Shown: positions 46,751-56,127 of the stretch, in pieces
How the letters are laid out: each line of letters begins with the position of its first letter
Position numbering within the stretch: the first letter of the stretch is position 1
Assembly (NCBI GenBank): GCA_964594215.1
Contig: CAZQLN010000001.1
Span: 39,638 to 103,637, forward strand
DNA length: 64,000 nt
Source of the DNA: an uncultured Bdellovibrionales bacterium
GTDB lineage: Bacteria > Patescibacteriota > Minisyncoccia > Moranbacterales > UBA1568
Reading direction: 5' to 3'
Translations under genes and position numbers: made by a program
The notes under the pieces: generated by a model
Told to the model about the DNA's origin: nothing
Databases searched by the model: none
Seen by the model: only the letters and a program-made list of their open reading frames with translations

Positions 46751-46909
46751 TTAGCGGGTAGGAGTTTCCGCGGTGGCTGCCGACAAGGGTTTTTTGTCAG
46801 GCGGCTTTTCATACGAGAAATAGTTCAACGCTACGGCAACCATGAGGGCAAGTATCACGTATTCGATCGTGCTTGCGCCCCGTTCATCACGTAGGAATTT
46901 TTTCAACAT
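46751..46909 (-). CDS. flp: Flp/Fap-family type IVb pilin (52 aa; not in ORF track)
   Basis: Manual translation MLKKFLRDERGASTIEYVILALMVAVALNYF... The Flp motif G/ASTIEY plus a hydrophobic stretch. RBS GGAG 9 nt upstream. Stop TAA at 46751. Confidence 0.7.
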   Translation of the reverse strand: MLKKFLRDERGASTIEYVILALMVAVALNYFSYEKPPDKKPLSAATAETPTR

Positions 46910-47085
46910 GAGGCGAGTCTCCTGTCAGGCTCTTCTGGGTTGGGGTCCCAAATCGCTTGGTCTTCTTCGCTCTCACGACGCTGTTTGGCATCGTACTCAG
47001 CGAGCAGGGTTTCGGCTTTTTTGACCACCGCAGCCGTAGCTACGAAGGTTGTCACAGCCATGAGAAGTTTGTTCTTGAGTGTCAT
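46903..47085 (-). CDS. Hypothetical small protein (Flp mini-operon gene 2)
   Basis: 60 aa. Its stop overlaps the flp start by 7 nt. Hydrophobic N-terminus MAVTTFVATAAVV. Confidence 0.35.
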   Translation of the reverse strand: MTLKNKLLMAVTTFVATAAVVKKAETLLAEYDAKQRRESEEDQAIWDPNPEEPDRRLASC

Positions 47086-47111
47086 TTTCTGCCCCCTCTG
47101 TTTTAGAAAAA

Positions 47112-47321
47112 TCAGTGATTGTCTTCGACAAAGCAGTTCAAACGCTGTTGCTTCGGATCTTCCTTGCAGGGCATGATCCGAGCCAGCTTTTGTCCTTCAG
47201 TATTTTCGACTGAGGTAGCGTTGCTCGCGTAGAGAGCGCCAATTCCTGTGCCAATGATGGCTACAATGAAAATGGCCTCTACGATACGCTTGAACGCAGC
47301 ATCATTCTGGTAACGAGACAT
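47112..47321 (-). CDS. Hypothetical small single-TM protein (Flp mini-operon gene 1)
   Basis: 69 aa. IVEAIFIVAIIGTGIGAL helix, weakly reminiscent of TadE/Flp-like N-termini. RBS AAGGGAG 9 nt upstream. Confidence 0.4.
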   Translation of the reverse strand: MSRYQNDAAFKRIVEAIFIVAIIGTGIGALYASNATSVENTEGQKLARIMPCKEDPKQQRLNCFVEDNH

Positions 47322-47374
47322 AAACCATTTCTCCCTTTCTTCGTTCAGTTTGTAAGGTTCAATACTAACCGTAT

Positions 47375-47403
47375 ATTATACTCCTATTTTAGTCAAAAGT
47401 CAA
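47375..47403 (-). promoter_or_regulatory. Consensus sigma70 promoter TTGACT-17-TATAAT driving the Flp mini-operon
   Basis: On the minus strand: TTGACT (47403..47398), 17-nt spacer, TATAAT (47380..47375). Confidence 0.65.
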
Positions 47404-47448
47404 TAGTTAGGCAAGGAGTCTCAAAGCCTCCACGAACTCTAAATTTCT

Positions 47449-47468
47449 TGCTATACTGAGAGTATAAT
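47449..47468 (+). promoter_or_regulatory. trxA promoter: extended -10 TGCTATACT followed by TATAAT
   Basis: TGCTATACT at 47449-47457 (the same motif as upstream of the exonuclease operon and pilC). TATAAT at 47463-47468. ATG at 47489. Confidence 0.45.
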
Positions 47469-47488
47469 ATTTCTCAATATAAAGTTTT

Positions 47489-47800
47489 ATGGCGACAGAG
47501 TTTACTGATGCGAGTTTTGAAGCAGACGTTTTGAAGAGTGATAAGCCGGTGCTTGTTGACTTCTGGGCACCCTGGTGTGGACCATGCCGTATCTTAGGAC
47601 CAATCGTCGAAGAGCTAGCGGGTGAATTAGCAAATGTGAAAATCGGCAAGATCAATGTTGATGAAAATCCAGAGACTGCTCGCGCCTATGGCGTGATGTC
47701 TATTCCGACCATCAAGATTTTCAAGGATGGTCAGGTGGTAAAGGATTTTGTTGGAGTGCAGTCTAAGGACTTCTTGCAGGCAGAGCTTGCATCGGTCTAA
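47489..47800 (+). CDS. trxA: Thioredoxin
   Basis: WAPWCGPC active site, 103 aa. Confidence 0.97.
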   Translation: MATEFTDASFEADVLKSDKPVLVDFWAPWCGPCRILGPIVEELAGELANVKIGKINVDENPETARAYGVMSIPTIKIFKDGQVVKDFVGVQSKDFLQAELASV

Positions 47801-47848
47801 AGAAACGTAAAAGGTATTAAGACCAAAAGACGGTAAACATACAAAGCA

Positions 47849-48289
47849 ATGAAAATCTATAAGGAGCGGATAGATCTTGAAAGCAAAACCCAGATTCAGT
47901 TCATGGACATCACTAATCAGGTTCAGGAGATTATTGATCGTTCGGGAGTACGCGAAGGTCAAGTGACTATCTACGCACCACACACCACTATGGGAGTGGC
48001 TATCAATCACAATGAAGCCATGCTTTTGCAGGACTTCATGAGAATCTTCTACAAGCTCGTACCGGTAGATGATCAGTATAGCCATGATTTGTTTGAGCTT
48101 CGTCGAGGCAGTGATGCCGATGGACGGAGTAATGGTCATTCACACTGTAAAGCTTTTCTCTTGGGATCAAGTGAGACGGTACCAATCGAGCGCGGCAAGA
48201 TGATGCTTTCGGAGATTCAAAATATTTTTGCTGTTGAATTTGACGGTTCTCGCAAGCGCGATGTGATCGTTTCTATAATGGGCCTTTAA
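47849..48289 (+). CDS. YjbQ/UPF0047 family protein (secondary thiamine-phosphate synthase-like)
   Basis: About 140 aa with a GHSHCKA motif characteristic of UPF0047. Confidence 0.8.
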   Translation: MKIYKERIDLESKTQIQFMDITNQVQEIIDRSGVREGQVTIYAPHTTMGVAINHNEAMLLQDFMRIFYKLVPVDDQYSHDLFELRRGSDADGRSNGHSHCKAFLLGSSETVPIERGKMMLSEIQNIFAVEFDGSRKRDVIVSIMGL

Positions 48290-48292
48290 ACT

Positions 48293-49306
48293 ATGAAAAA
48301 ATTTCTCCTCTTTGCCTTTGTAGTAACAGTAGGTGTGCTTGGAGTGACAGCGTATCTCGAATATCAGGCCTCATATGGTAAGGGGACTAACCTTACCCCT
48401 CAGTCTTTTGAGTTGGTCTCTGGTGTGGGTGTGCTTGATTTGGGTGCGCAACTGGAAAATAAGGGGATTATTAGTAGCCAGTATGCTTTTGCTTGGGAAG
48501 TGGCCACCAAAAGACTTTCTAGAAAACTGATTGCCGGAGAATATGAGTTGAGTGGGGAGCAGAGTATTCAGGCTATCTTAGTCACACTTACGACCGGTAA
48601 AGTAGTATCCCATGATGTGAAAGTGACTTTTCCTGAGGGATGGACTATGAAGCTGATGGCTGAGCGTTTGAATAAAAATGGCCTACCAGGAGATGCTTTC
48701 CTTGCTGAGGCGAGTAAACCAAGTCAGGCCTTGCGTGACAAGTATTCTTTTCTCAAAGGATTACCAACTAATGCGACTCTCGAGGGTTTTCTTTTTCCGG
48801 ATACGTATCGTTTTGCACCAGATGTTAGCGCTACAGAAATTATCGATACTATGCTTGGAACTTTCGGCAAGCGGTTCAGTCCAGATCTTCGCGAAGGTCG
48901 TATGAGTACCAAACACACATTATTCGAGATTGTCACACTCGCAAGTATTGTTGAAGAGGAGGGTCGCCTTGAAGAAGATCGTAAAATCATTGCCGATATC
49001 TTCTGGAAACGGTTGGCCGCAGGACAGGCTTTTCAGAGTGACGCCACTGTCAATTACGTTTTAGGGTCACTCAAGGAGCAGCCTACTCTCAAGGATATCG
49101 AAGTTGATTCACCCTACAATACCTATAAGTATGCTGGTCTTCCGCCAGGACCAATCAGTAATCCAAGTTTGATATCACTTCGTGCAGCCGTCAATCCGAC
49201 GCCCAATGACTACTTTTATTTCTTGAATAATCTGGAAACCAAAGAGATGTATTTTGCCAAGACTTTTGAGGAGCATGTCGAGAATCGACGTGTTCATGGT
49301 CTCTAG
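48293..49306 (+). CDS. mltG: Endolytic murein transglycosylase MltG (YceG-like)
   Basis: N-terminal TM helix. YceG domain with PPGPISNPSLISLRAAVNP. Confidence 0.9.
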   Translation: MKKFLLFAFVVTVGVLGVTAYLEYQASYGKGTNLTPQSFELVSGVGVLDLGAQLENKGIISSQYAFAWEVATKRLSRKLIAGEYELSGEQSIQAILVTLTTGKVVSHDVKVTFPEGWTMKLMAERLNKNGLPGDAFLAEASKPSQALRDKYSFLKGLPTNATLEGFLFPDTYRFAPDVSATEIIDTMLGTFGKRFSPDLREGRMSTKHTLFEIVTLASIVEEEGRLEEDRKIIADIFWKRLAAGQAFQSDATVNYVLGSLKEQPTLKDIEVDSPYNTYKYAGLPPGPISNPSLISLRAAVNPTPNDYFYFLNNLETKEMYFAKTFEEHVENRRVHGL

Positions 49307-49324
49307 CATTTTGAAGTTACCAAC

Positions 49325-50389
49325 ATGCAGAATATTTTTAGTGAACGAATAGGGCTAGCATCACTCTTTCTTTTATTTGTCTTTTCTTTGTTTGGCTGGT
49401 ATAGCCTCTTTCATGGTACCTTCGCTGGTTATGGCAGTCTCACCCTCTCACTTCTCTTGGGTTTTTCTTTTGCTTGCATTTTCTTTTTTCTGGGAGCTAT
49501 TCTTTGGCATGAGCGTTATGAACGCATTCTTGGTGCGGCCTTGCCCTTTCTTCCAGTCATTTTCTTTGCCCAAGAACTGATTATTGTTTTAGCTATCTTA
49601 GCAGCTATACTTCTCACTTATTTGGCTATCCACTTGATCCGCAAAGAAAAGAGCGAAAGAATCCGCTTTCAGTACTTTCGTGTTAATCAGGCTGGACAGG
49701 TATATTTCGTCACAGCCCTAGCGCTTACCATTTCAGTCGCTTATTTTACGCTGATTCGTCAGGCTTCTTGGGAAGAATTGGTTCCAAAACTTCGTTTGGG
49801 CGAGAGTAGTACGACGCTGCTTCTACGAACACTTTCTACTTGGCAACCAGAACTAGCGACTGTCAAGAATGAGGGGCTCACTGTTGATGAGTATCTGATG
49901 AGTCTTACTGAGGAAGGAAGAGAACAGGCTCAAAATCAGAAGGCAGATGATCAGCTACTTTCTTTTGAGGTGTCTTTGGTACCGGGTATTGAAGAGAATC
50001 TACGAGAAGCGGGTCTTACCTTAGCTGATGTAAGAACATCTCCTCAAGCCAAGGCTTTCTATTTAGAGAGTGGTCATCGTCACTTTACGTGGTTAGTGGG
50101 AGGGGAAGTGAAGGGTAATGAACCGATCAACGCGGTAGTTTCTCAAGTTATTCAGCGTAAGATTATTCGTACTCTTGATGGTACGGGTCAGGCCACAAGG
50201 TTGTCTTCAGATACGGTACCGACCGCTATTGCCGTAGTTTTGTTTCTAGCCCTGATTCCACTAGGGACATTGCTGGGCTATTTTTGGTTATCTTTGGGTT
50301 ATCTATTTTTTCTCCTCCTCCTGCGCACCAATCAGCTTGAGATTCGCGAGCATCTCGATGAAGTAGAAGAACTTGAGGTCACCCACTAG
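49325..50389 (+). CDS. Hypothetical polytopic membrane protein
   Basis: 354 aa. About four N-terminal TM helices and one C-terminal TM helix. No recognisable domain. Confidence 0.45.
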   Translation: MQNIFSERIGLASLFLLFVFSLFGWYSLFHGTFAGYGSLTLSLLLGFSFACIFFFLGAILWHERYERILGAALPFLPVIFFAQELIIVLAILAAILLTYLAIHLIRKEKSERIRFQYFRVNQAGQVYFVTALALTISVAYFTLIRQASWEELVPKLRLGESSTTLLLRTLSTWQPELATVKNEGLTVDEYLMSLTEEGREQAQNQKADDQLLSFEVSLVPGIEENLREAGLTLADVRTSPQAKAFYLESGHRHFTWLVGGEVKGNEPINAVVSQVIQRKIIRTLDGTGQATRLSSDTVPTAIAVVLFLALIPLGTLLGYFWLSLGYLFFLLLLRTNQLEIREHLDEVEELEVTH

Positions 50390-50480
50390 GCCCGAGGAGA
50401 TAATTAGCACTCATGGTAAGAGATTGCTAATTTTTTAGTTTTCCGATATACTGGGTTACAAGAATATTGAATGCAGATAT

Positions 50481-51560
50481 ATGCCTAAAGACTATTATCA
50501 AACCCTTGGAGTGGCTAAGAATGCCTCTCAAGACGAAATTAAGAAAGCTTTCCGTAAGCTCGCTCATACCCATCATCCAGACAAAGGAACAGGGGATGAA
50601 GCTAAGTTTAAGGAAATCAATGAGGCCTATCAGGTGCTTTCTGACGAGAAGAAGCGTAGCCAATATGATAATTATGGCCAGACTTTTAGTGGGCAAGGAC
50701 CACAAGGTGGCGGCCCTGGCGGCGGTTTTGGTGGTTTCGAAGGCTTCGATTTTAGTAATTTTGCTGGTCAGGGTGGTTTTGAGGATTTATTCGGAGATAT
50801 GTTTGGCGGTGGCCGAAGATCTCGACAGACCGGTCGCGGTCAAGATATTCAAGTAGACATAGAGATCAGTTTCGAAGATATGGTACGTGGTGTGAAGCGT
50901 GATATCCGTTTGCGAAAATATGTGACCTGTAAAACTTGTGCTGGAAGTGGCGGTGAAAAAGGCAGTGAAGAGGTGACCTGTACAGCCTGTAACGGTAATG
51001 GTCAAGTACGTAAGACCATGCAAACAATTCTAGGTGCTTTTCAGCAAGTAGTGACTTGTGATGTTTGTCAGGGTCGAGGCAAGAAACACTCCAAGAATTG
51101 TCATGTCTGTCATGGTCATGGTCGTGTCCAAGAAGAAGAGAATATCACTATTGATATTCCAGCCGGTATTGACACTGGTCAGGCACTCTCTCTTCAGGGT
51201 AAGGGACATGCTGGTGAACACGGTGCCACAGCTGGAGATCTCATTGTAGAGATTTATGTGAAAAAGCACGCAACACTCACTCGTCGAGGTGAACAGATTC
51301 TTTCAAGCGAAGCGTTGAGTTTTGTCGATATGGCTTTGGGCGCTAGTGTGCCAGTGCTGACTATTGATGGTGAAGTGACTATCAAAATTCCAGCGGGCAC
51401 ACAGCCAGGAGAAGTGTTCCGTATTCGCGGTAAGGGTGTACCACATCTCCATGGTCGTGGTCGGGGAGATCATCTAGTGACAGTATCAGTCTCTGTTCCG
51501 AAGAAGCTTTCCAAAAATGCCAAAAAAACTCTCGAGAGTCTCAAAGAAGAAGGGATATAA
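50481..51560 (+). CDS. dnaJ: Molecular chaperone DnaJ
   Basis: J-domain with HPD (AHTHHPDKG). G/F-rich linker. Four CxxCxGxG zinc-finger repeats. Confidence 0.95.
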   Translation: MPKDYYQTLGVAKNASQDEIKKAFRKLAHTHHPDKGTGDEAKFKEINEAYQVLSDEKKRSQYDNYGQTFSGQGPQGGGPGGGFGGFEGFDFSNFAGQGGFEDLFGDMFGGGRRSRQTGRGQDIQVDIEISFEDMVRGVKRDIRLRKYVTCKTCAGSGGEKGSEEVTCTACNGNGQVRKTMQTILGAFQQVVTCDVCQGRGKKHSKNCHVCHGHGRVQEEENITIDIPAGIDTGQALSLQGKGHAGEHGATAGDLIVEIYVKKHATLTRRGEQILSSEALSFVDMALGASVPVLTIDGEVTIKIPAGTQPGEVFRIRGKGVPHLHGRGRGDHLVTVSVSVPKKLSKNAKKTLESLKEEGI

Positions 51561-51647
51561 AATAGTAACTGGGTGTTGACACGGAGCCTCTTGTATGGGA
51601 TCATCAGGTGTCCAAATCCTGGACAGCGCAATTATAGGAGAATAGTT

Positions 51648-52316
51648 ATGCGCTCTGTTCTTTTGTCGGTTTTGGCCGTCGCGCTCGCAGCTTGTAGTAG
51701 CTCTGAGCAAAGTAAGCAAACCATTGTTCCAGAGACAGATACAGCATCTGCGCTCGATGATGGGCAGCTGGCATCCGGTGTTGATCCTCATAGTCTTGAG
51801 GCGTATACAGCACCTTGTGGTGAAATTGGTGATCCTGGATACAAAGCCTGCACAGCTGCCGCTATCGAAAATCACCTGAAAGTCGAAGAGGGCATTCCTA
51901 CGGACGCTGAATTTCAAGCAGCGATGACAGAATCGTCTTCCCTCAAAGCTTATATAGCCTGGGATACGGCGTGGCGTCGCCAAACCAAAGGAGGTCATTC
52001 CCCTGGCGGCAATGGCTCAGCTAGCCTCTGCAAGGCAATGGCTGATGTGGGTTTGGGTTGTTCCTATATGGATCGTGCCAATCTGGTGGAATACCTTTTG
52101 GGTCAGGGGACAGACCTACTTCCCTGCAAGGGAGGTTCGAATCCCTACACTGTCGATAGGTGTGATGATCCCGACCACCAGGGTCTGGAAAATCGTGGTA
52201 ACTTTATTGGCCGTGCAATCCAAAACACTATCCTGGAAAAGAGTATTCGCAAGAATGCTCACCTTTTCAAGAATGGTGACCTGAGTTCAAGCGCCGCTCG
52301 TCAGTGGCAAGCATAG
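51648..52316 (+). CDS. Hypothetical GC-rich lipoprotein
   Basis: Track ORF 51573 starts at GTG. ATG at 51648 (MRSVLLSVLAVALAACSS) has RBS GGAG upstream and a lipobox LAAC. Cys-containing mature part. Higher GC than flanks. Confidence 0.5.
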   Translation: MRSVLLSVLAVALAACSSSEQSKQTIVPETDTASALDDGQLASGVDPHSLEAYTAPCGEIGDPGYKACTAAAIENHLKVEEGIPTDAEFQAAMTESSSLKAYIAWDTAWRRQTKGGHSPGGNGSASLCKAMADVGLGCSYMDRANLVEYLLGQGTDLLPCKGGSNPYTVDRCDDPDHQGLENRGNFIGRAIQNTILEKSIRKNAHLFKNGDLSSSAARQWQA

Positions 52317-52453
52317 GAGTAGAGATCAATGAATCAAACAAGGACCCGAAGGCTTCGCGCCCGAGGGTTCTTTTGTATATACAATACAGAAGGACTTTCT
52401 CTAGTCACGTAAGCTCTTTTCCTATACTCTAAAGACTGATACGAATACCCTTT

Positions 52454-54151
52454 ATGCGTTGGCACTATAAACAAAAAACCATTCCTCAGGCTCTTGACTC
52501 GGCTTATCATCCAGTTATCGAAGCCCTCTTTCAGGATCGAGGACTGCTTACCTCTGCGGAACGAGAACTTTTTCTGACACCAGATTATGATCGTGATACC
52601 CATGATCCTTTTTTGTTTTCTCAGATGGAGCGGGTAGTGGAGCGTTTTGCTCTTGCTCTTGAGAAGGGTGAACGAGTGGGGATTTTCGGTGATTTTGACG
52701 CCGATGGAGTGACGTCATCGGTAGTGATGCGTGAAGCTCTGGATGATTTAGGTATTGAGAATGTTGTTTATATCCCGGAAAAAATTGCTGAGGGACACGG
52801 TCTTCATACCAACGCCGTAGAATACTTCAAAGATGAGGAAGTCAGTCTGTTAGTGACACTTGATTGTGGCATGATGAATCATAGAGAGATTGAACTGGCT
52901 AATAGTCAGGGTATGGATGTAATCGTGATTGATCATCATCATGTGCCAGAGGTATTACCCGAGGCTTTTGCGATTATCAATCCGAAACTATTGGATGAGA
53001 CGTATCCTTTTCGAGAGCTTTGTGGAGCAGGGACAACCTTCAAGGTAGTGGAAGCTCTGTATAAGCGGCTCAAACCAGAACGAAGCGAACAACTGAAATG
53101 GCTTCTCGATGTAGTGGCGACCGGTACCGTAGCTGATGTCATGCCTCTTATTGGCGAGAATAGGGTTTTGGTTAAGTATGGCTTGATGGTACTTGGTAAA
53201 ACGAGGCGACCAGGCTTTCAGGCCATGATCGAAACAGGGAGGCTGCTTTTCGGCGAACATACTCCGCCAACGGCTCGCGATATCGGTTTTCAGATAGCAC
53301 CACGTATCAACGCTGCTTCGCGTATGGCTCATGGGATGTTGGCTCATGATCTTCTGGTGAGTAAAACCCTAGAGAGCGCTCGACCACTTTCAGTAGAACT
53401 AGAAAAACACAACGTGGCTCGCCGTAAGATTAGCACTACTACCGCAGAAGAAGTTAAAACCAAAGCGCTGACAGAGTTTGGTGATAAGAAGTTTATTTTT
53501 GCGGTATCAGAAAGTTATCCGTATGGGATCGTAGGACTCATCGCTGGGAAAATCGCCAATGAGCTTCGTAAACCGACAGCGGTGCTGACCAAAGGTGAAA
53601 CAGAGAGTAAGGGCTCGTTTCGGAGTATTCCGGAGTTCAATGTTATCGAATCTCTGGAGACTTGTGCGGATATTTTGGTTAAATACGGAGGGCATGCTCA
53701 GGCGGCAGGTATGACTATCAAAAATGAACACCTGGATACCTTCTATGAGCGTTTCAACGCCTTGGCAGTAGAAAAGCTAGCTGATATTGACACCGAACCC
53801 AAGCTGACGCTTGATATGCCAGTAGCCTTTGAACATCTGACCAAAGCTTTGTATCGAGACCTCAGTCGTTTCGCACCTTTTGGTGAGGGTAATCCGGAAC
53901 CAGTTTTTGGGTTAGAGGATGTCGTAGTTGATGATGTACGTTTTGTAGGTAATGGAGAAAAGCATTTGAAACTGAGATTAAAGACTGAGACAGGTGGCAA
54001 GGTCCTAGACGCTATTGCTTTTAATCTCGGCTCTCAGTTTGGCGAGCTTAAGATTGGGGAGAGGATTAAAATAGCCTTTACCCTTGATGAGAATACCTGG
54101 AATGGGAATACGAGCCTTCAGCTCAAGATAGTGGATATTATCACTCAATAA
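52454..54151 (+). CDS. recJ: Single-stranded-DNA-specific exonuclease RecJ
   Basis: DHH motifs (GIFGDFDADGVTS; DHH), DHHA1 and the C-terminal OB-fold domain. Confidence 0.95.
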   Translation: MRWHYKQKTIPQALDSAYHPVIEALFQDRGLLTSAERELFLTPDYDRDTHDPFLFSQMERVVERFALALEKGERVGIFGDFDADGVTSSVVMREALDDLGIENVVYIPEKIAEGHGLHTNAVEYFKDEEVSLLVTLDCGMMNHREIELANSQGMDVIVIDHHHVPEVLPEAFAIINPKLLDETYPFRELCGAGTTFKVVEALYKRLKPERSEQLKWLLDVVATGTVADVMPLIGENRVLVKYGLMVLGKTRRPGFQAMIETGRLLFGEHTPPTARDIGFQIAPRINAASRMAHGMLAHDLLVSKTLESARPLSVELEKHNVARRKISTTTAEEVKTKALTEFGDKKFIFAVSESYPYGIVGLIAGKIANELRKPTAVLTKGETESKGSFRSIPEFNVIESLETCADILVKYGGHAQAAGMTIKNEHLDTFYERFNALAVEKLADIDTEPKLTLDMPVAFEHLTKALYRDLSRFAPFGEGNPEPVFGLEDVVVDDVRFVGNGEKHLKLRLKTETGGKVLDAIAFNLGSQFGELKIGERIKIAFTLDENTWNGNTSLQLKIVDIITQ

Positions 54152-54190
54152 AGTCCTAGAAATGACTATATTGTGCTATAATAGGCCTAT

Positions 54191-54619
54191 ATGGAAAAAA
54201 TTGTCATGTATTCTGATGGTGGTTCACGGGGCAACCCAGGACCCTCGGCTCTTGGTGTGTATATAGAAACTCTCGATAAGCAATTTGGAGAGTTTTTGGG
54301 TATCAAGACCAATAATGAAGCAGAATATCTGGCTATTGTAGCGGGCTTGAAAAAAATCAAGGCGGTTGTCGGTAAAGCGAGGGCTAAGAATACAGAAGTA
54401 GAGTGTCGGATGGATAGTGAGCTGGCGGTACGTCAACTGACTCACCAGTACAAAGTGGAAAAAGAGCATATTCAGAAATTGTGCTTTTTGGTCTGGAATC
54501 TCACTCATGATTTTGCCAGAGTAACTTTTGTGCATGTACCTCGTGAGAAAAACACAATTGCTGATGCTATGGCTAACCAAGCTATGGACGAGGCAGCAAG
54601 TAAGGTCACTCTTCTCTAA
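54191..54619 (+). CDS. rnhA: Ribonuclease H (type 1 RNase H fold)
   Basis: YSDGGSRGNPGP...NNEAEYLA...D(x)E catalytic residue pattern. 142 aa. Confidence 0.85.
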   Translation: MEKIVMYSDGGSRGNPGPSALGVYIETLDKQFGEFLGIKTNNEAEYLAIVAGLKKIKAVVGKARAKNTEVECRMDSELAVRQLTHQYKVEKEHIQKLCFLVWNLTHDFARVTFVHVPREKNTIADAMANQAMDEAASKVTLL

Positions 54620-54631
54620 CAAATATAGAAT

Positions 54632-55630
54632 ATGTGGAAATCAAAAAAATTCTGGATATGGCTGATTCTGATTGCTCTTGTAGGGGGAGGTCTCTACTAC
54701 TATTTTCGTCCAAAAGCTGTGGTACCTGAAACGGAAGATGTCCGTCGTGGGACCGTGGCCGAAACAATCTCAGTCACCGGAGAGGTGGTGCCAGGCACAT
54801 ACGCTGATCTCTCTTTTCAGCAGGTAGGAAGTCTTGTAGAGGTTTTAGTCAAAGATGGAGAGGCGGTAGAGAAAGGTCAGGCACTTGCTACGATAGAATC
54901 ACCAGTCCTTTCGGCCCAACTCCGTGAAGCTCGTGTGGCCTTGGAAGTTGCCGAAAAAACAGAAACTCTTGCCAGACGCAATTGGGATAGTCTCAAGCCA
55001 GAAGAACGCGAAGCCAAAAAACTAGCAACTGAACAGGCACGTGCTCAGGTAGAAACTGCTCGAGCTCAGATGATCAATAATACTTTGCGGGCGCCGTTCA
55101 GTGGTACAGTAACTAATCTTGAGGCGAGAGTAGGTGAAACAGTTGGGGTAAATGATAATATCATGCGTCTAGCAGTTGGGAATGAGCTTCAGGTGGAAGC
55201 GCGGATTCCGGAATCTGATATTGCTATGCTTCGTCCAGGGATGCGAGCGACTATGACCTTCGATGCTTTTCGTCAAGATGAAATTTTTGATGCAACTATT
55301 ACCACCATCGATACAGGAGCTACTATTATTGATGATGTTGTATCGTATACAATTACTATGAAACTCGACAGAGGTGATGATCGTTTGCGAGATGGGATGA
55401 CAGCTAATGTTGATATTGAGTCCGCTAAGAGCGAGAATGTATTAATTGTTTCGTATCGAGCTCTTGAACGAGATGGTGAACGTTATTTCGCCAATATTTT
55501 AGGAACAGATGGTAAAACCGACCGGCGCGAAGTGAAGATTGGTCTTGAGGGAGATGAGGGAGAGGTTGAAATTAAAAGTGGTCTCAAGGAGGGTGAAAAA
55601 GTGACTATTGGAGCCAAACAGAAGAAGTAG
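54632..55630 (+). CDS. Efflux transporter periplasmic adaptor subunit (HlyD/MFP family)
   Basis: N-terminal TM helix. Biotinyl/lipoyl-like hairpin motifs and coiled-coil topology of membrane fusion proteins. No cognate pump gene is adjacent. Confidence 0.7.
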   Translation: MWKSKKFWIWLILIALVGGGLYYYFRPKAVVPETEDVRRGTVAETISVTGEVVPGTYADLSFQQVGSLVEVLVKDGEAVEKGQALATIESPVLSAQLREARVALEVAEKTETLARRNWDSLKPEEREAKKLATEQARAQVETARAQMINNTLRAPFSGTVTNLEARVGETVGVNDNIMRLAVGNELQVEARIPESDIAMLRPGMRATMTFDAFRQDEIFDATITTIDTGATIIDDVVSYTITMKLDRGDDRLRDGMTANVDIESAKSENVLIVSYRALERDGERYFANILGTDGKTDRREVKIGLEGDEGEVEIKSGLKEGEKVTIGAKQKK

Positions 55631-55649
55631 GAGGGGGAAAGTTTTAGGA

Positions 55650-55678
55650 TTGACTAAAACTAGCTTTTTTGCTATAAT
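55650..55678 (+). promoter_or_regulatory. Consensus promoter TTGACT-17-TATAAT for rnpB
   Basis: -35 at 55650-55655, -10 at 55673-55678. Confidence 0.65.
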
Positions 55679-55696
55679 TATGCGGTTGTGGTTCTT

Positions 55697-56092
55697 TATC
55701 AAAACAGATCGGATTGCTACGCTTTGAGGCTATTTATAGTCTTAGGGTGAGGAAAGTCCGGACACCTGCCTTTATAGGGCAGCATGGTAGCGGGTAACCC
55801 CCGTCTCTGGTGACAGATGAGGTGCGAACAGTGACGCCTGAAGCGAAAGTGACAGGTATCCTCAGGTTAAATCTTAGGATAAATCTTTACGGTAACGTAG
55901 AGAATGAAACGGCTAAATCCTTACCTAGGTGCAAGGTCGCGTCGTTACGGAGAGCTCTATAGCTGAAGAATCAGAAGTAGAGTTCTCTGTAACGAAGAAC
56001 CGCAAAGATTTTAGGGGTAACTCTAAAACAAGAGAGATGGCAATCTCCGCCTAACGGCGGAACAGAATCCGGCTTATAGATCTGTTTTGATA
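55697..56092 (+). ncRNA. rnpB: RNase P RNA (bacterial type A)
   Basis: P4 strands GAGGAAAGTCCGGAC (about 55750) and ACAGAATCCGGCTTA (about 56062). P1 formed by TATCAAAACAGATC (55697-55710) and GATCTGTTTTGATA (56079-56092). Length about 396 nt. Confidence 0.9.
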
Positions 56093-56127
56093 AAGGATAA
56101 GAACATTTAGCTTTCAATGCATACAAG

